Positions 38,018 through 46,807 of a stretch of 64,000 nt of DNA are shown here, one piece after another. This stretch comes from an uncultured Clostridia bacterium (GTDB lineage: Bacteria > Bacillota > Clostridia > TANB77 > CAG-508). The stretch's first letter is position 1. Every line of letters starts with the position of its first letter. The position numbers and the translations under genes were made by a program. The stretch spans positions 31,731 to 95,730 of the forward strand of contig CANQGE010000001.1 in assembly GCA_947601495.1 (NCBI GenBank). The letters run 5' to 3'. Below the pieces are notes generated by a model, which did not search any database, had not been told where the DNA came from, and saw only the letters and a program-made list of their open reading frames with translations.

Positions 38018-39706
38018 CTAATATGATTTTCTCATATCTTTCATATTTATTTGCACATTTTTAATTCCATTAAAGGTATTTGTCTCTAGTACCCCAATTA
38101 TATCTACTTTATCACCAATTAAATATTCTTCCGAATATTTGCCCATATTAAATCCTATTGCATTAATAATTGTATTATTATCTTTTAGTGTTAGTTTTAG
38201 ATGTTTTCCTTCTGATAATGCTCTAATTGAATCTATTTTCAAATTTTTATAAATAAAAATAGGTGTTTTATTTGATTCTCCAAAAGGTTCAAGTAATTTT
38301 AAACTTTCTATATTTTCTAAAGAAATATCTTTTAAATTAATTTCTTTATCTATTTTTATAACTGGCATTATTTCAGCTATTTCTGCTTCTTCGGCAATCT
38401 TTTCAAATTTAGCTTTGAAATTTTCAAATTGACTCTTTTTTAAACTTAAGCCAACTGCCATTTCGTGTCCACCATATTTTTCTAAGTAGTCACTTGATTT
38501 GCAAAGTGCATCATGTAGGTCAAAACCTGGAATACTTCTTCCTGAGCCTTTACCATTTTCTCCTTCAAAACATATTAATATACTTGGTTTGAAATATAGC
38601 TCAGTTATTTTAGAAGCTACTATTCCTATAACTCCGTGGTGCCAATTTTCTGAGCCAAGTACAATTGTTTTTTTCTCATCAATTTTATCTTTTTCAATTT
38701 TAGAAATTGCTTCTTCAAAAATTTTTTTCTCTATTGTTTGTCTTTGCTTATTATATGAATCTAATTTTTCTGTTATTTTATTTGCTTCTACTATATTTTC
38801 TGTTAAAAATAAATTTAATGCATCTCTTTCATGTCCCATTCTTCCACAAGCATTAATTCTAGGAGCTATTCCAAATGAAACTGTATTTGAATTTATTTCA
38901 CTATATCCTGCTACTTTTAATAAAGCTTTTACAGCGGGGGAATTAGTTTGCTTAACTAGTTTTAGTCCAAGTTTTGCTATAACTCTATTTTCATCAATTA
39001 AAGGAACTATATCTGATATTGTTCCAATGCAAACAATATCTAAATATTTTAAGTATTCTTTTTCATCTAATTTTAATTTCATTCCTATAGCTTGTATTAA
39101 TTTAAAAGCTACTCCAACACCTGCTAAGCTGTTAAAAGGATATTTATTATCTTTTCTTTTACAATCTATTACAGCTAAGGCTTTAGGAAGTTCATCTAGT
39201 GGTTCGTGGTGGTCTGTGATAATAACTTCCATCCCCAAACTATATGCATAGTTTACTTCTTCTGTTCCGGAAATTCCACAATCAACAGTTATAATTAATT
39301 TATATCCTTCATCTGCAATTTGTTTTATTGCTTCTTGATTTAGTCCATATCCTTCATCTAGACGATTTGGTATATATGTTCCAACATTTAATCCTAATTC
39401 TTTTAGAAATTTTGATAAAACAGTTATACTTGTAATTCCATCAACATCATAATCACCATATATCATAATTTTTTCTTGTTTTTTTATGCCTTCTATAATT
39501 CTATCAACAGCTATTTTCATATCTGGCATTAAATATGGGTCATGAAAGTCATTTCTTGTAGGATTTAAAAAAACTTTTATGTCTTCATCGTCTGTTATAT
39601 CTCTATTTACTAAAACTGTTGCTAATAATTCTGATATTTCAAATTTTTCAGAAATTTCTTTAATTTTCTTCTCATCAGAATTATAATATTCCCACTTTTT
39701 GTTCAT
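38018..39706 (-). CDS. recJ: single-stranded-DNA-specific exonuclease RecJ
   Basis: 562 aa with DHH motifs (GDYDVDGITS, TVDCG, ITDHH) and DHHA1 (GGHEMAVG). Confidence 0.95.
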   Translation of the reverse strand: MNKKWEYYNSDEKKIKEISEKFEISELLATVLVNRDITDDEDIKVFLNPTRNDFHDPYLMPDMKIAVDRIIEGIKKQEKIMIYGDYDVDGITSITVLSKFLKELGLNVGTYIPNRLDEGYGLNQEAIKQIADEGYKLIITVDCGISGTEEVNYAYSLGMEVIITDHHEPLDELPKALAVIDCKRKDNKYPFNSLAGVGVAFKLIQAIGMKLKLDEKEYLKYLDIVCIGTISDIVPLIDENRVIAKLGLKLVKQTNSPAVKALLKVAGYSEINSNTVSFGIAPRINACGRMGHERDALNLFLTENIVEANKITEKLDSYNKQRQTIEKKIFEEAISKIEKDKIDEKKTIVLGSENWHHGVIGIVASKITELYFKPSILICFEGENGKGSGRSIPGFDLHDALCKSSDYLEKYGGHEMAVGLSLKKSQFENFKAKFEKIAEEAEIAEIMPVIKIDKEINLKDISLENIESLKLLEPFGESNKTPIFIYKNLKIDSIRALSEGKHLKLTLKDNNTIINAIGFNMGKYSEEYLIGDKVDIIGVLETNTFNGIKNVQINMKDMRKSY

Positions 39707-39776
39707 TCCTTTCCTCCTAAAATAAATTTTTCCTTAGTATTATATAACAAAATGTAAATAAAAGATAGTTTTTAAA

Positions 39777-39816
39777 TAAAAAAAATAGAAACTGGACAAA
39801 AAATATCCAGTTTCTT
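39777..39816 (-). terminator. rho-independent terminator after the ylbF-like gene
   Basis: Perfect 10-bp stem AGAAACTGGA / TCCAGTTTCT followed by a long U-run on the minus strand. Confidence 0.8.
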
Positions 39817-39819
39817 TTT

Positions 39820-40152
39820 TTATAATACATCTTTAATAGATTCTCCAATAATTTTATTGACATCAGCAATTAAAACATTAAATCTAACTTCTTTGTCAAA
39901 GTAATCTTTAACTTGAGCATTTTGAACTAATATTTGATAAAGTTCTTGTAATTTTTTCATTTTTTCATCACTTTGCTTTTCGCCTTGCATAGCAAGAAGT
40001 TGCTCTTCATAACGAATTTTTTCAAATTCATCAACCTGTTTTTTTAATTCAGGCATAGCAAGCAATTCTGTTTTTACTTTTTTATACTCATTATATTCTC
40101 TTGATTCTTTAAGAGCTCTCGCTAAATTATTTACTTCATCATAAACATTCAT
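39820..40152 (-). CDS. YlbF/YmcA-family regulatory protein
   Basis: 110 aa, all-helical. MNVYDEVNNLARALKESREYNEYKKVK... resembles the UPF0342/YlbF family. Confidence 0.6.
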   Translation of the reverse strand: MNVYDEVNNLARALKESREYNEYKKVKTELLAMPELKKQVDEFEKIRYEEQLLAMQGEKQSDEKMKKLQELYQILVQNAQVKDYFDKEVRFNVLIADVNKIIGESIKDVL

Positions 40153-40175
40153 TAAAATTTTCTCCTTTTACATCC

Positions 40176-41765
40176 TTAATAATAAACCATATAATCAATT
40201 TCTGGGAATATATCATCTTTGTTAAATATATCTAATAAATATTTTGGGTCTATTTTATCATTTTTTATTTGATAATATAGCTTCGTAAATCTTCCTATAT
40301 GGTCTTTAATTGCTTTATGTGCATATTCTACCATTGTTCCATTTGTAATTATAAATAGCCAGTCACTACTTTGTGCAAGTAAAAGTTCTCTTGCACATTG
40401 ATTTAATGCTTGTCTTCTTAATGTATCTCCTTCATTTGGGAACATGCTTGCAAGTTCACACATTCTATCTCCAGCTTTATGTAAGTGTCTATGTGCATAG
40501 TCATTTGTTTGATTTAGCCAAACTTCACTATAGCCATTTGCTCCCCAACTTGATCTACAAGGTGTAGAAACTTGCATTTCAGGATACATATCTATATATT
40601 CACTAGGTGTAATTAATTTAAAATTACATTCATCATAATAGATTTTTTTAAATAATATATAAAGCCAATATGGTCCCTCATACCACCAATGTCCATAAAG
40701 CTCTGCATCATATGGACAAGTAATAATTGGTGGAACGTCCATATAGCTTGCTAAATGGTCTATTTGAGCAGTTCTGCAATCCATAAAATGTCCTGCTTGC
40801 TTTTCAGCAGAATCTTTTGCCCATTGAATATCATAATAATCTTTATTATCTGTTTTTCCAGTAATTCTATAATATTTTATACCTGTGTTTACTCTTGCAC
40901 CATTACTTGCTATATATGGTTTTATATAGTCATAATCTGTATCATAGCCAATATCTCTATAGAATTCTCTATAGTTGAAATCGCCTGGATATCCAGAAAT
41001 TGAACTCCAAACCTGTCTTGATGATTCTAAATCTCTTGCAAATGCTACTAATCCACCATGAGAAACTATTGGTGCATAAGTTCCATAAATTGGAGTTGGA
41101 TCTGCATATAAAACTCCGTGTGTTTCAACTATTGCATATTCTATTCCAAATTCTTTAAGATACTTATCTGCTTCTGGAACATATCCACATTCTGGAAGCC
41201 AAATTCCTCTAGGATTTCTTCCAAAGAATTTTTTATATGTTTGAACACCAACTGCAATTTGTGCTCTAACAGTTTTTTCATTTACATATAAAATTGGAAA
41301 ATATCCATGAGTTGCTCCACAAGTGATAATTTCCAATACTCCAATGTCTTGAAAATGTTTAAATCCAGAAATTAAATTACAATCATAAACATCTTGAAAT
41401 ACATGTAAATCATTTGTGTATCTATCTAAATAGTAATGTGATAAGTTGTTTAATCTTTTATCGTAAACTGTTCTTTTAACTTCTTTTTCACATAATTCTA
41501 TATGTTTATTTAAATATTTAATATATCTTTCTTTTAAAAGTTTATTATCTAACATATTTAAAAGCGGTGGAGTCATTGTCATTGTGATTCTAAAATCTAC
41601 ATGTTCTTCTTCTAATTTTTTAAAATTTAGTAAAAGTGGTATATATGTTTCAGATATTGCTTCAAAAAGCCATTCTTCTTCTAAGTAGCCTTCACTTTCT
41701 GGATGATGAATATATGGCAAATGAGCATGTAAAACAAAATTGACATATCCTTTAATATTTTTCAT
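40176..41765 (-). CDS. GH57-family 1,4-alpha-glucan branching enzyme
   Basis: 529 aa. N-terminal FVLHAHLPYIHHPE, and WLPECGY and HGYFP segments typical of GH57 branching enzymes. Confidence 0.85.
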   Translation of the reverse strand: MKNIKGYVNFVLHAHLPYIHHPESEGYLEEEWLFEAISETYIPLLLNFKKLEEEHVDFRITMTMTPPLLNMLDNKLLKERYIKYLNKHIELCEKEVKRTVYDKRLNNLSHYYLDRYTNDLHVFQDVYDCNLISGFKHFQDIGVLEIITCGATHGYFPILYVNEKTVRAQIAVGVQTYKKFFGRNPRGIWLPECGYVPEADKYLKEFGIEYAIVETHGVLYADPTPIYGTYAPIVSHGGLVAFARDLESSRQVWSSISGYPGDFNYREFYRDIGYDTDYDYIKPYIASNGARVNTGIKYYRITGKTDNKDYYDIQWAKDSAEKQAGHFMDCRTAQIDHLASYMDVPPIITCPYDAELYGHWWYEGPYWLYILFKKIYYDECNFKLITPSEYIDMYPEMQVSTPCRSSWGANGYSEVWLNQTNDYAHRHLHKAGDRMCELASMFPNEGDTLRRQALNQCARELLLAQSSDWLFIITNGTMVEYAHKAIKDHIGRFTKLYYQIKNDKIDPKYLLDIFNKDDIFPEIDYMVYY

Positions 41766-41800
41766 TGAATTTTTCCTTTCAGTTTAATGTTAAAATCTTT

Positions 41801-42745
41801 TTATTTAAAAGTTGAACTTGAAAGTTTTGAAGATGGATTTGCCATATCAAACATACCTTCAGAAAGTTCTTCATCATATTGTTTTTGATAGAAGTCATTT
41901 ACATCGAATTTCTTTCCTAAGATAGTTTTTGTTTTTCTTAAATCTTTAACAAATTCTCTATTTGTTTTTACATCTCTAAAAGTAACACGATTTGATAAAT
42001 ATTCTAGTAGTACATGATCATTTGGTGCTTCTAAAACATTTGAATTTGCAAAAGGCAAATAATCTGTTTGAAGATTTATGTGATTTTCTTTTACCTTTTC
42101 CACATTTATAGCTTGATTTCTATCTATAAATTTTCTTCCAAGTTGAATTGTGTATTTTGTTTTTGGGTCATCTATATCTATGTACCAACTATTAGCAAAA
42201 TCGTTTATAGGTACCTCTTTTACATACTTTTTATCTTCATTATATACTAATAAAACAGGATAAGTAATTTCAAAGAATTTTTCTCCAAATGCATTTAAAT
42301 ATCTATCTCTATCACTATCAGCGACGTCCCAATATACGAATAATTTTTTAGGAGTTTGAGCAAGAATTTTTACAATAGTTTCATTATATCTGTATGGTAA
42401 ATCGTAGTATTCTAATATGTAATCTTTTTTAATATTTTTCTTTTCAGTTTTTTCTTTTTTCGCAGAAGAAGCTGTTGTTTTTGCGTTTTCTTTTTCAGTA
42501 GCAATTGAATCTTCTTCAGCCTCTTGCATAGAAATTATTTTTGATAAAAACTGCTTTATTTTTTCAATTACAGCATTTTCATTAATGTTCTTTGCTTTTT
42601 CTAATTTTTCTTTCTTGCTTCTTTCCCTAATTTTTTGAACTAATTCGTTAGGATTAGAAAAAATATTTTTTTGTGAAAAATCCTCAATTTTTAAAATGTC
42701 ATCACTATTCTTTTCAAACTCTTCATTTTTTAGCATTTTACCCAT
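41801..42745 (-). CDS. DUF4912-like protein (partner of GH57 branching enzymes)
   Basis: YDLPYRYNETIVKILAQTPKKLFVYWDV... matches my memory of DUF4912. The start is probably the ATG at 42745, directly after AAGGAGG. The ORF-track TTG at 42829 has no RBS. Confidence 0.6.
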   Translation of the reverse strand: MGKMLKNEEFEKNSDDILKIEDFSQKNIFSNPNELVQKIRERSKKEKLEKAKNINENAVIEKIKQFLSKIISMQEAEEDSIATEKENAKTTASSAKKEKTEKKNIKKDYILEYYDLPYRYNETIVKILAQTPKKLFVYWDVADSDRDRYLNAFGEKFFEITYPVLLVYNEDKKYVKEVPINDFANSWYIDIDDPKTKYTIQLGRKFIDRNQAINVEKVKENHINLQTDYLPFANSNVLEAPNDHVLLEYLSNRVTFRDVKTNREFVKDLRKTKTILGKKFDVNDFYQKQYDEELSEGMFDMANPSSKLSSSTFK

Positions 42746-43090
42746 TTTCCTCCTTAGTAATTCCCTGTAAAATATTAGTATAAGTCCAATAATAATTAAT
42801 ATTATATCTTTAATGTAAAAAAACTTCAATAGAAAAAATAAAATAAATTTTTTTTAAATTTTTTGTAATATAATCTTATAATTGTAACTAAAATGTAATA
42901 GAAATACGCGATTTTTTTGTCAAAAAATGTTTACTTTTGTTTTGGTTTTATATAAAATATATGAAGAATTAAGAAAATAATTTTTGAATTTTTTTCTTAA
43001 ATAATCAAGATTTGAAATAATTTTTTTTAAATTCAAAACTACTTGACAAAATTAAAATAACAAAAGATATGAAAGGAGCACTTTTTTACA

Positions 43091-44377
43091 ATGAAAATTT
43101 TAATGCTATCATGGGAATATCCACCAAGAGTTGTTGGAGGTATATCAAGAGTGGTTTATGACTTATCACACAAATTATGTATGCAAGGTCATAAAGTTAC
43201 CGTTATTACTTATAAAGATGGTAATGTACCATATTTTGAAGATGATGATGGTGTTGATGTTTACAGAGTAGATAATTTTATGATTGCTCCTAATAATTTT
43301 ATAGATTGGGTTATGCAACTTAATTTCAATATGATAGCAAAAGCTGGAGAAATTATTGCACAACAAGGAAACTTTGATGTTATACATGCTCATGATTGGC
43401 TTACTGCTTATGCTGGAAAAACATTAAAATTTGCATATAATACTCCTCTTGTAGCTACTATACATGCTACTGAAGCTGGTAGAAATAGCGGTATTAGAGG
43501 TGATATGCAAAAATATATTAATGATACTGAATGGATGCTTACTTATGAATCTTCAGAAGTTATCGTTAATAGTAATTATATGAAAAACGAATTACAAAGA
43601 CTTTTTGGTCTTCCTTATGAGAAAATAAATGTAGTACCTAATGGTGTTGATCTTACTTTATTTAATGGAATTGATAGAGACTATGAATTTAGAAGAAGAT
43701 TTGCCATGGATAATGAAAAAATTATTCTATTCATGGGTAGATTAGTTTATGAAAAAGGTATTCAAACACTTATTTCTGCTATGCCTAAAATCTTAGACAA
43801 TTATCATGATGCAAAATTAGTTATCGCAGGAAAAGGCGGAATGATTAATGAATTAAGAAATCAAGTTAATTTCCTTGGATTAGGAAATAAAGTTTATTTC
43901 ACAGGACACTTAGCTTCTAAAGATGTTCAAAAAATGTACAAGTGTGCTGATGTTGCTGTATTCCCTAGTACATATGAACCTTTTGGAATTGTAGCTATTG
44001 AAGCTATGCTTTCTGGAACACCAGTAGTTACTTCTGATGTTGGTGGATTAAATGAAATTGTAGAACATGGAGTAAATGGAATGAAAAGTTATGCTGGAAA
44101 TCCAAACTCTCTTGCAGATTCTATTCTTGCATTATTATTTAATCCAGAATTATGCAACACAGTTTCAAAAAATGCAAAAGAAAAAGTTAAAGCTCAATAT
44201 AATTGGACTAAAATTACAGAAGAAACTCACTTCACTTATGAAACAGCTATTTGTGAAACTATTGCAGAAAGACAAAAGAAACAAATTGCTCAAGAAGAAG
44301 CTCGTAATCAAATTAAAAAATCTAAAGAAGTTACAAACCTACTTTCATTCAAGAAAACTCACGAGGCATTTGCATAA
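43091..44377 (+). CDS. GT4-family glycosyltransferase (glycogen synthase-like)
   Basis: 428 aa. N-terminal MKILMLSWEYPPRVVGGISRVV and the C-terminal E-x7-E region (STYEPFGIVAIEAMLSGTPVV). Divergent from the GH57/DUF4912 operon. Confidence 0.8.
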   Translation: MKILMLSWEYPPRVVGGISRVVYDLSHKLCMQGHKVTVITYKDGNVPYFEDDDGVDVYRVDNFMIAPNNFIDWVMQLNFNMIAKAGEIIAQQGNFDVIHAHDWLTAYAGKTLKFAYNTPLVATIHATEAGRNSGIRGDMQKYINDTEWMLTYESSEVIVNSNYMKNELQRLFGLPYEKINVVPNGVDLTLFNGIDRDYEFRRRFAMDNEKIILFMGRLVYEKGIQTLISAMPKILDNYHDAKLVIAGKGGMINELRNQVNFLGLGNKVYFTGHLASKDVQKMYKCADVAVFPSTYEPFGIVAIEAMLSGTPVVTSDVGGLNEIVEHGVNGMKSYAGNPNSLADSILALLFNPELCNTVSKNAKEKVKAQYNWTKITEETHFTYETAICETIAERQKKQIAQEEARNQIKKSKEVTNLLSFKKTHEAFA

Positions 44378-44408
44378 GATTTTAATAAAATATGTTTATA
44401 ATAATATA

Positions 44409-44445
44409 AAAACTCTTAGGAATTATTTTCTTAAGAGTTTTTTTG
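44409..44445 (+). terminator. rho-independent terminator after the GT4 gene
   Basis: Stem AACTCTTAGGAA / TTCTTAAGAGTT (one mismatch) followed by TTTTTT. Confidence 0.75.
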
Positions 44446-44454
44446 ATAAGAAAA

Positions 44455-44521
44455 ATTGCTTAATATTATTAACATTGCTTAATAATATTATTAAATATTA
44501 ATCAATACTATTAATCAATAC
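44455..44521. repeat. two pairs of short tandem direct repeats
   Basis: ATTGCTTAATATTATTAAC / ATTGCTTAATAATATTATTAA (44455-44494), then TATTAATCAATAC x2 (44496-44521), abutting the left arm of element B. Confidence 0.7.
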
Positions 44522-44527
44522 TATTGT

Positions 44528-44677
44528 GAATGCTTAAAAAATATAATTTAATAGTAACTTGGTGTCGCAATCTTCTTTTTTATAAATAAACAAAAGGAAG
44601 ATTGCTCCAATCGCCCTCCGCTTATGCTTCGGTTGGTCGCTTACGCGTTACTATTTAATTATATTTTTTAAGCATTC
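44528..44677 (+). repeat. long-hairpin element B: second copy of the 98-nt GC-rich core, inverted relative to element A
   Basis: Core 44554-44651 is the reverse complement of 21866-21963 at 91/98 identity. The outer stem GAATGCTTAAAAAATATAATTTAATA / TATTTAATTATATTTTTTAAGCATTC is 26 bp with one mismatch. Confidence 0.85.
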
Positions 44678-44714
44678 ATAATATTTTTTGCAATTAATTT
44701 TAAAAATTATTTTA

Positions 44715-44975
44715 TTACTTCTTTTTGAGGTAAAGAAAAAGAACTCTTATTTGAGTTCTCCGTAACATTTCTTCTAATATTTTCTCTGCTACTATCAAAG
44801 GTGTTTGTTTTGGATTTGGTATTGCGCTGATTTTCTCCAAGTATTCTATTTGTTTCTCCCTCGGAAGCTTTTGAGCTTTCTCTACCATATTGTCCAAATA
44901 TTCCATTCGTTCCTTTTCTGTTCTCTGAAAACTTGTTAGACAACTGAATATTGTTCCTGATGGGTAATATACCAT
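44715..44975 (-). CDS. hypothetical small protein in a locally GC-enriched patch (reading frame uncertain)
   Basis: 86-aa ORF with an ATG preceded by AGGGGAAG at good spacing. The helical-looking segment is MEYLDNMVEKAQKLPREKQIEYLEKISAI.... A second frame (44707..44943, TTG start) is also open. G/C-ending codons are more frequent than in neighbouring genes. Confidence 0.3.
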   Translation of the reverse strand: MVYYPSGTIFSCLTSFQRTEKERMEYLDNMVEKAQKLPREKQIEYLEKISAIPNPKQTPLIVAEKILEEMLRRTQIRVLFLYLKKK

Positions 44976-45006
44976 TATTTTTCTTCCCCTTTAATCATTA
45001 ACATTA

Positions 45007-45672
45007 TTATCTAAGAAAATAATAAATTCCATATAAAATTAACATATGAGCTGGATAAAAACAGTAATAGAAATATTTTATTTTCTTTCCTAATTTTCCA
45101 TTATATAGCATCATTATAACTAGTGGTATTATATATCCAACTATATATATTGAATATATTTTTAAATTTGCTCCTATACTAAATAAGTATACTGAAATTA
45201 AAAGTATATATGGAATTGGGAAAAGTACTCTATGATCTTTAAAAATGTAAATTATTAAAACTAAGGTTATTCCAAACCAGCCATAGTCAACATTTAATAT
45301 TTCTCCTAATGCAATTATTAATATGCATAAAGGTATTGACAAATATTTTTTCTCTATTTTTGAATATGCTAAAATTGCTAATAATCCAAGTAGTAGCGTA
45401 AACATTATGTTTAGCATTTTCCACTCGCCTACAAGTGTTCTAAATAACATAAATGGTAATTGCGATATTAATCCAAAAATAAAAAGTCTTTTCATATAAG
45501 ATTTTAAATTACTTGTATGTACAAATCCTTCTGTAATTAAAAAAGCAAATAGTGGAAACGCTACTCTTCCTAAAATTATTGTTAGTAAATTTTGAGTTAC
45601 TGGCAAAGCATATTTTACATGGTCTAGTACCATTGTTATACAAGCTATAATTTTTATTACAAAAACACTCAT
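45007..45672 (-). CDS. TraX-family membrane protein
   Basis: 221 aa, polytopic. N-terminal IKIIACITMVLDHV... is typical of the TraX family. Confidence 0.7.
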   Translation of the reverse strand: MSVFVIKIIACITMVLDHVKYALPVTQNLLTIILGRVAFPLFAFLITEGFVHTSNLKSYMKRLFIFGLISQLPFMLFRTLVGEWKMLNIMFTLLLGLLAILAYSKIEKKYLSIPLCILIIALGEILNVDYGWFGITLVLIIYIFKDHRVLFPIPYILLISVYLFSIGANLKIYSIYIVGYIIPLVIMMLYNGKLGKKIKYFYYCFYPAHMLILYGIYYFLR

Positions 45673-45675
45673 AAT

Positions 45676-46116
45676 TTATCCTAATAATTCCTTTACAACT
45701 TCATTAATAGTTTTTCCATCTGCTCCAGCACCTATTCTTGCTTTAGATTCTTTCATAACCATTCCCATATCTTTTAAAGAAGTAGCTCCAACATCTTTTA
45801 TTACTTTTTCTACTTCTACTTTTATTTCTTCTTTTGAAAGCTGTTTTGGTAAATATTCTTGCAAAATAGAAATTTCTTCATTTGTTTGATTTATTAAATC
45901 TTCTCTTTTGGCTTTTTCAAAATCTACAAGTGCATCTTTCTTTCCTTTTACTTCTTTTGCAATTATTTCAATTATTTTTTCATCTTCAACTTTTATTCCT
46001 TTGTCTTTTTCAATTTGTAAAATTGCAGCTCTAACCATTTGTATAGTGTTTTTTCTTACTTCATTTTTTTCTTTCATAGATTGTTTTAAATCTTCCATTA
46101 ATTTATCTTTTAACAT
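45676..46116 (-). CDS. yqeY: GatB/YqeY domain protein
   Basis: 146 aa; MLKDKLMEDLKQSMKEKNEVRKNTIQMVRAAI... is the YqeY pattern. Confidence 0.85.
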   Translation of the reverse strand: MLKDKLMEDLKQSMKEKNEVRKNTIQMVRAAILQIEKDKGIKVEDEKIIEIIAKEVKGKKDALVDFEKAKREDLINQTNEEISILQEYLPKQLSKEEIKVEVEKVIKDVGATSLKDMGMVMKESKARIGAGADGKTINEVVKELLG

Positions 46117-46172
46117 ATGTTCTCCCTCTCTTTCTTATATTACTTTACTACAAAATATTCTTTTTATCAATA

Positions 46173-46667
46173 TCAAAATGTTATTAAATCTAAATAACTT
46201 AAAACTGAAACTTCCACAATTCGTTCTAATAGCTCTTTATATTCTTTTATTCTAAAATTAACAAATCCTTCAATTACAATTTTTTTGTTTTCTAACAAAT
46301 AATCTTTTATAGAATTTCTTAAAAGATCACTTTTATATCCTATTTTTTCATCTGGTAATTCTAGAACTTTTTTTGTTATTTCAAAAATGTAATTTCTTTC
46401 AAGGCTACTTAAATAAAAATAATTTTTTTCAACACTTTTTCTAATAAAATCTTCTTCATAAAATTTTTCAATACACCTTTTAATAATTATTGCAACTATT
46501 TCATAAAATTCATTAATGTAATCTTTTTCTAAATAATGAATGAATAAATTATCATATGTTTTAAATCTATAATTAGACATGCAAATATTTATTGGTAAAA
46601 GTTCAAATTGCTTTATTAAAAAATCTATTTTTTCCTCACTAATAGTTTTTATACATATTGTTTTCAA
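46173..46667 (-). CDS. YtxC-like sporulation protein (short form)
   Basis: 164 aa. ...IVIEGFVNFRIKEYKELL... resembles the YtxC family core. TTG start with an AGAGG RBS. It ends at two closely spaced TGA codons. Confidence 0.45.
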   Translation of the reverse strand: MKTICIKTISEEKIDFLIKQFELLPINICMSNYRFKTYDNLFIHYLEKDYINEFYEIVAIIIKRCIEKFYEEDFIRKSVEKNYFYLSSLERNYIFEITKKVLELPDEKIGYKSDLLRNSIKDYLLENKKIVIEGFVNFRIKEYKELLERIVEVSVLSYLDLITF

Positions 46668-46742
46668 TTAAATACCTCTTCTTAAATTAAAATTTATTAA
46701 TTTATATTATTCATATTTTTCCTTTAGTGTGTTTAGATTATT

Positions 46743-46782
46743 CAAAAAAAAGAACTAAAATTATTTTATAATTTTAGCTCTT
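46743..46782 (-). terminator. rho-independent terminator after the 171-aa gene
   Basis: Stem GAACTAAAATTA / TAATTTTAGCTC (one G-U pair) followed by a U-run on the minus strand. Confidence 0.65.
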
Positions 46783-46807
46783 TTTAAAACAATATGTTTC
46801 TTATATT

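Noticed and set aside
38499-39251. A 250-aa plus-strand ORF antisense to recJ, together with about 40 other plus-strand ORFs in the track (e.g. 1208..1483, 4108..4500, 5794..6264, 21015..21425, 33109..33681, 47450..47923, 60231..60605).
   Set aside because: All lie fully inside well-supported minus-strand genes. They have Phe/Leu/Ser/Ile-dominated composition, typical of the antisense strand of AT-rich coding DNA. None has an RBS or a recognisable motif.
44091-44501. A 136-aa plus-strand ORF overlapping the end of the GT4 gene and its terminator.
   Set aside because: It is an out-of-frame overlap with a well-supported gene. It reads through the terminator and is lysine/leucine low complexity.
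44707-44943. A 78-aa TTG-initiated frame as the real gene in the GC-enriched patch.
   Set aside because: It is not excluded, but I ranked it below the 86-aa ATG frame. Its RBS is weaker, its start is non-ATG and the product is entirely polar and disordered. I kept it only as an alternative in the finding.
46167-46175. TGA read as Trp (genetic code 4), which could explain the short ytxC-like ORF and the split kinase.
   Set aside because: Trp is encoded by TGG throughout. The ytxC-like ORF is followed by a second TGA two codons later and then an unrelated gene. The split genes need frame changes, not stop read-through.
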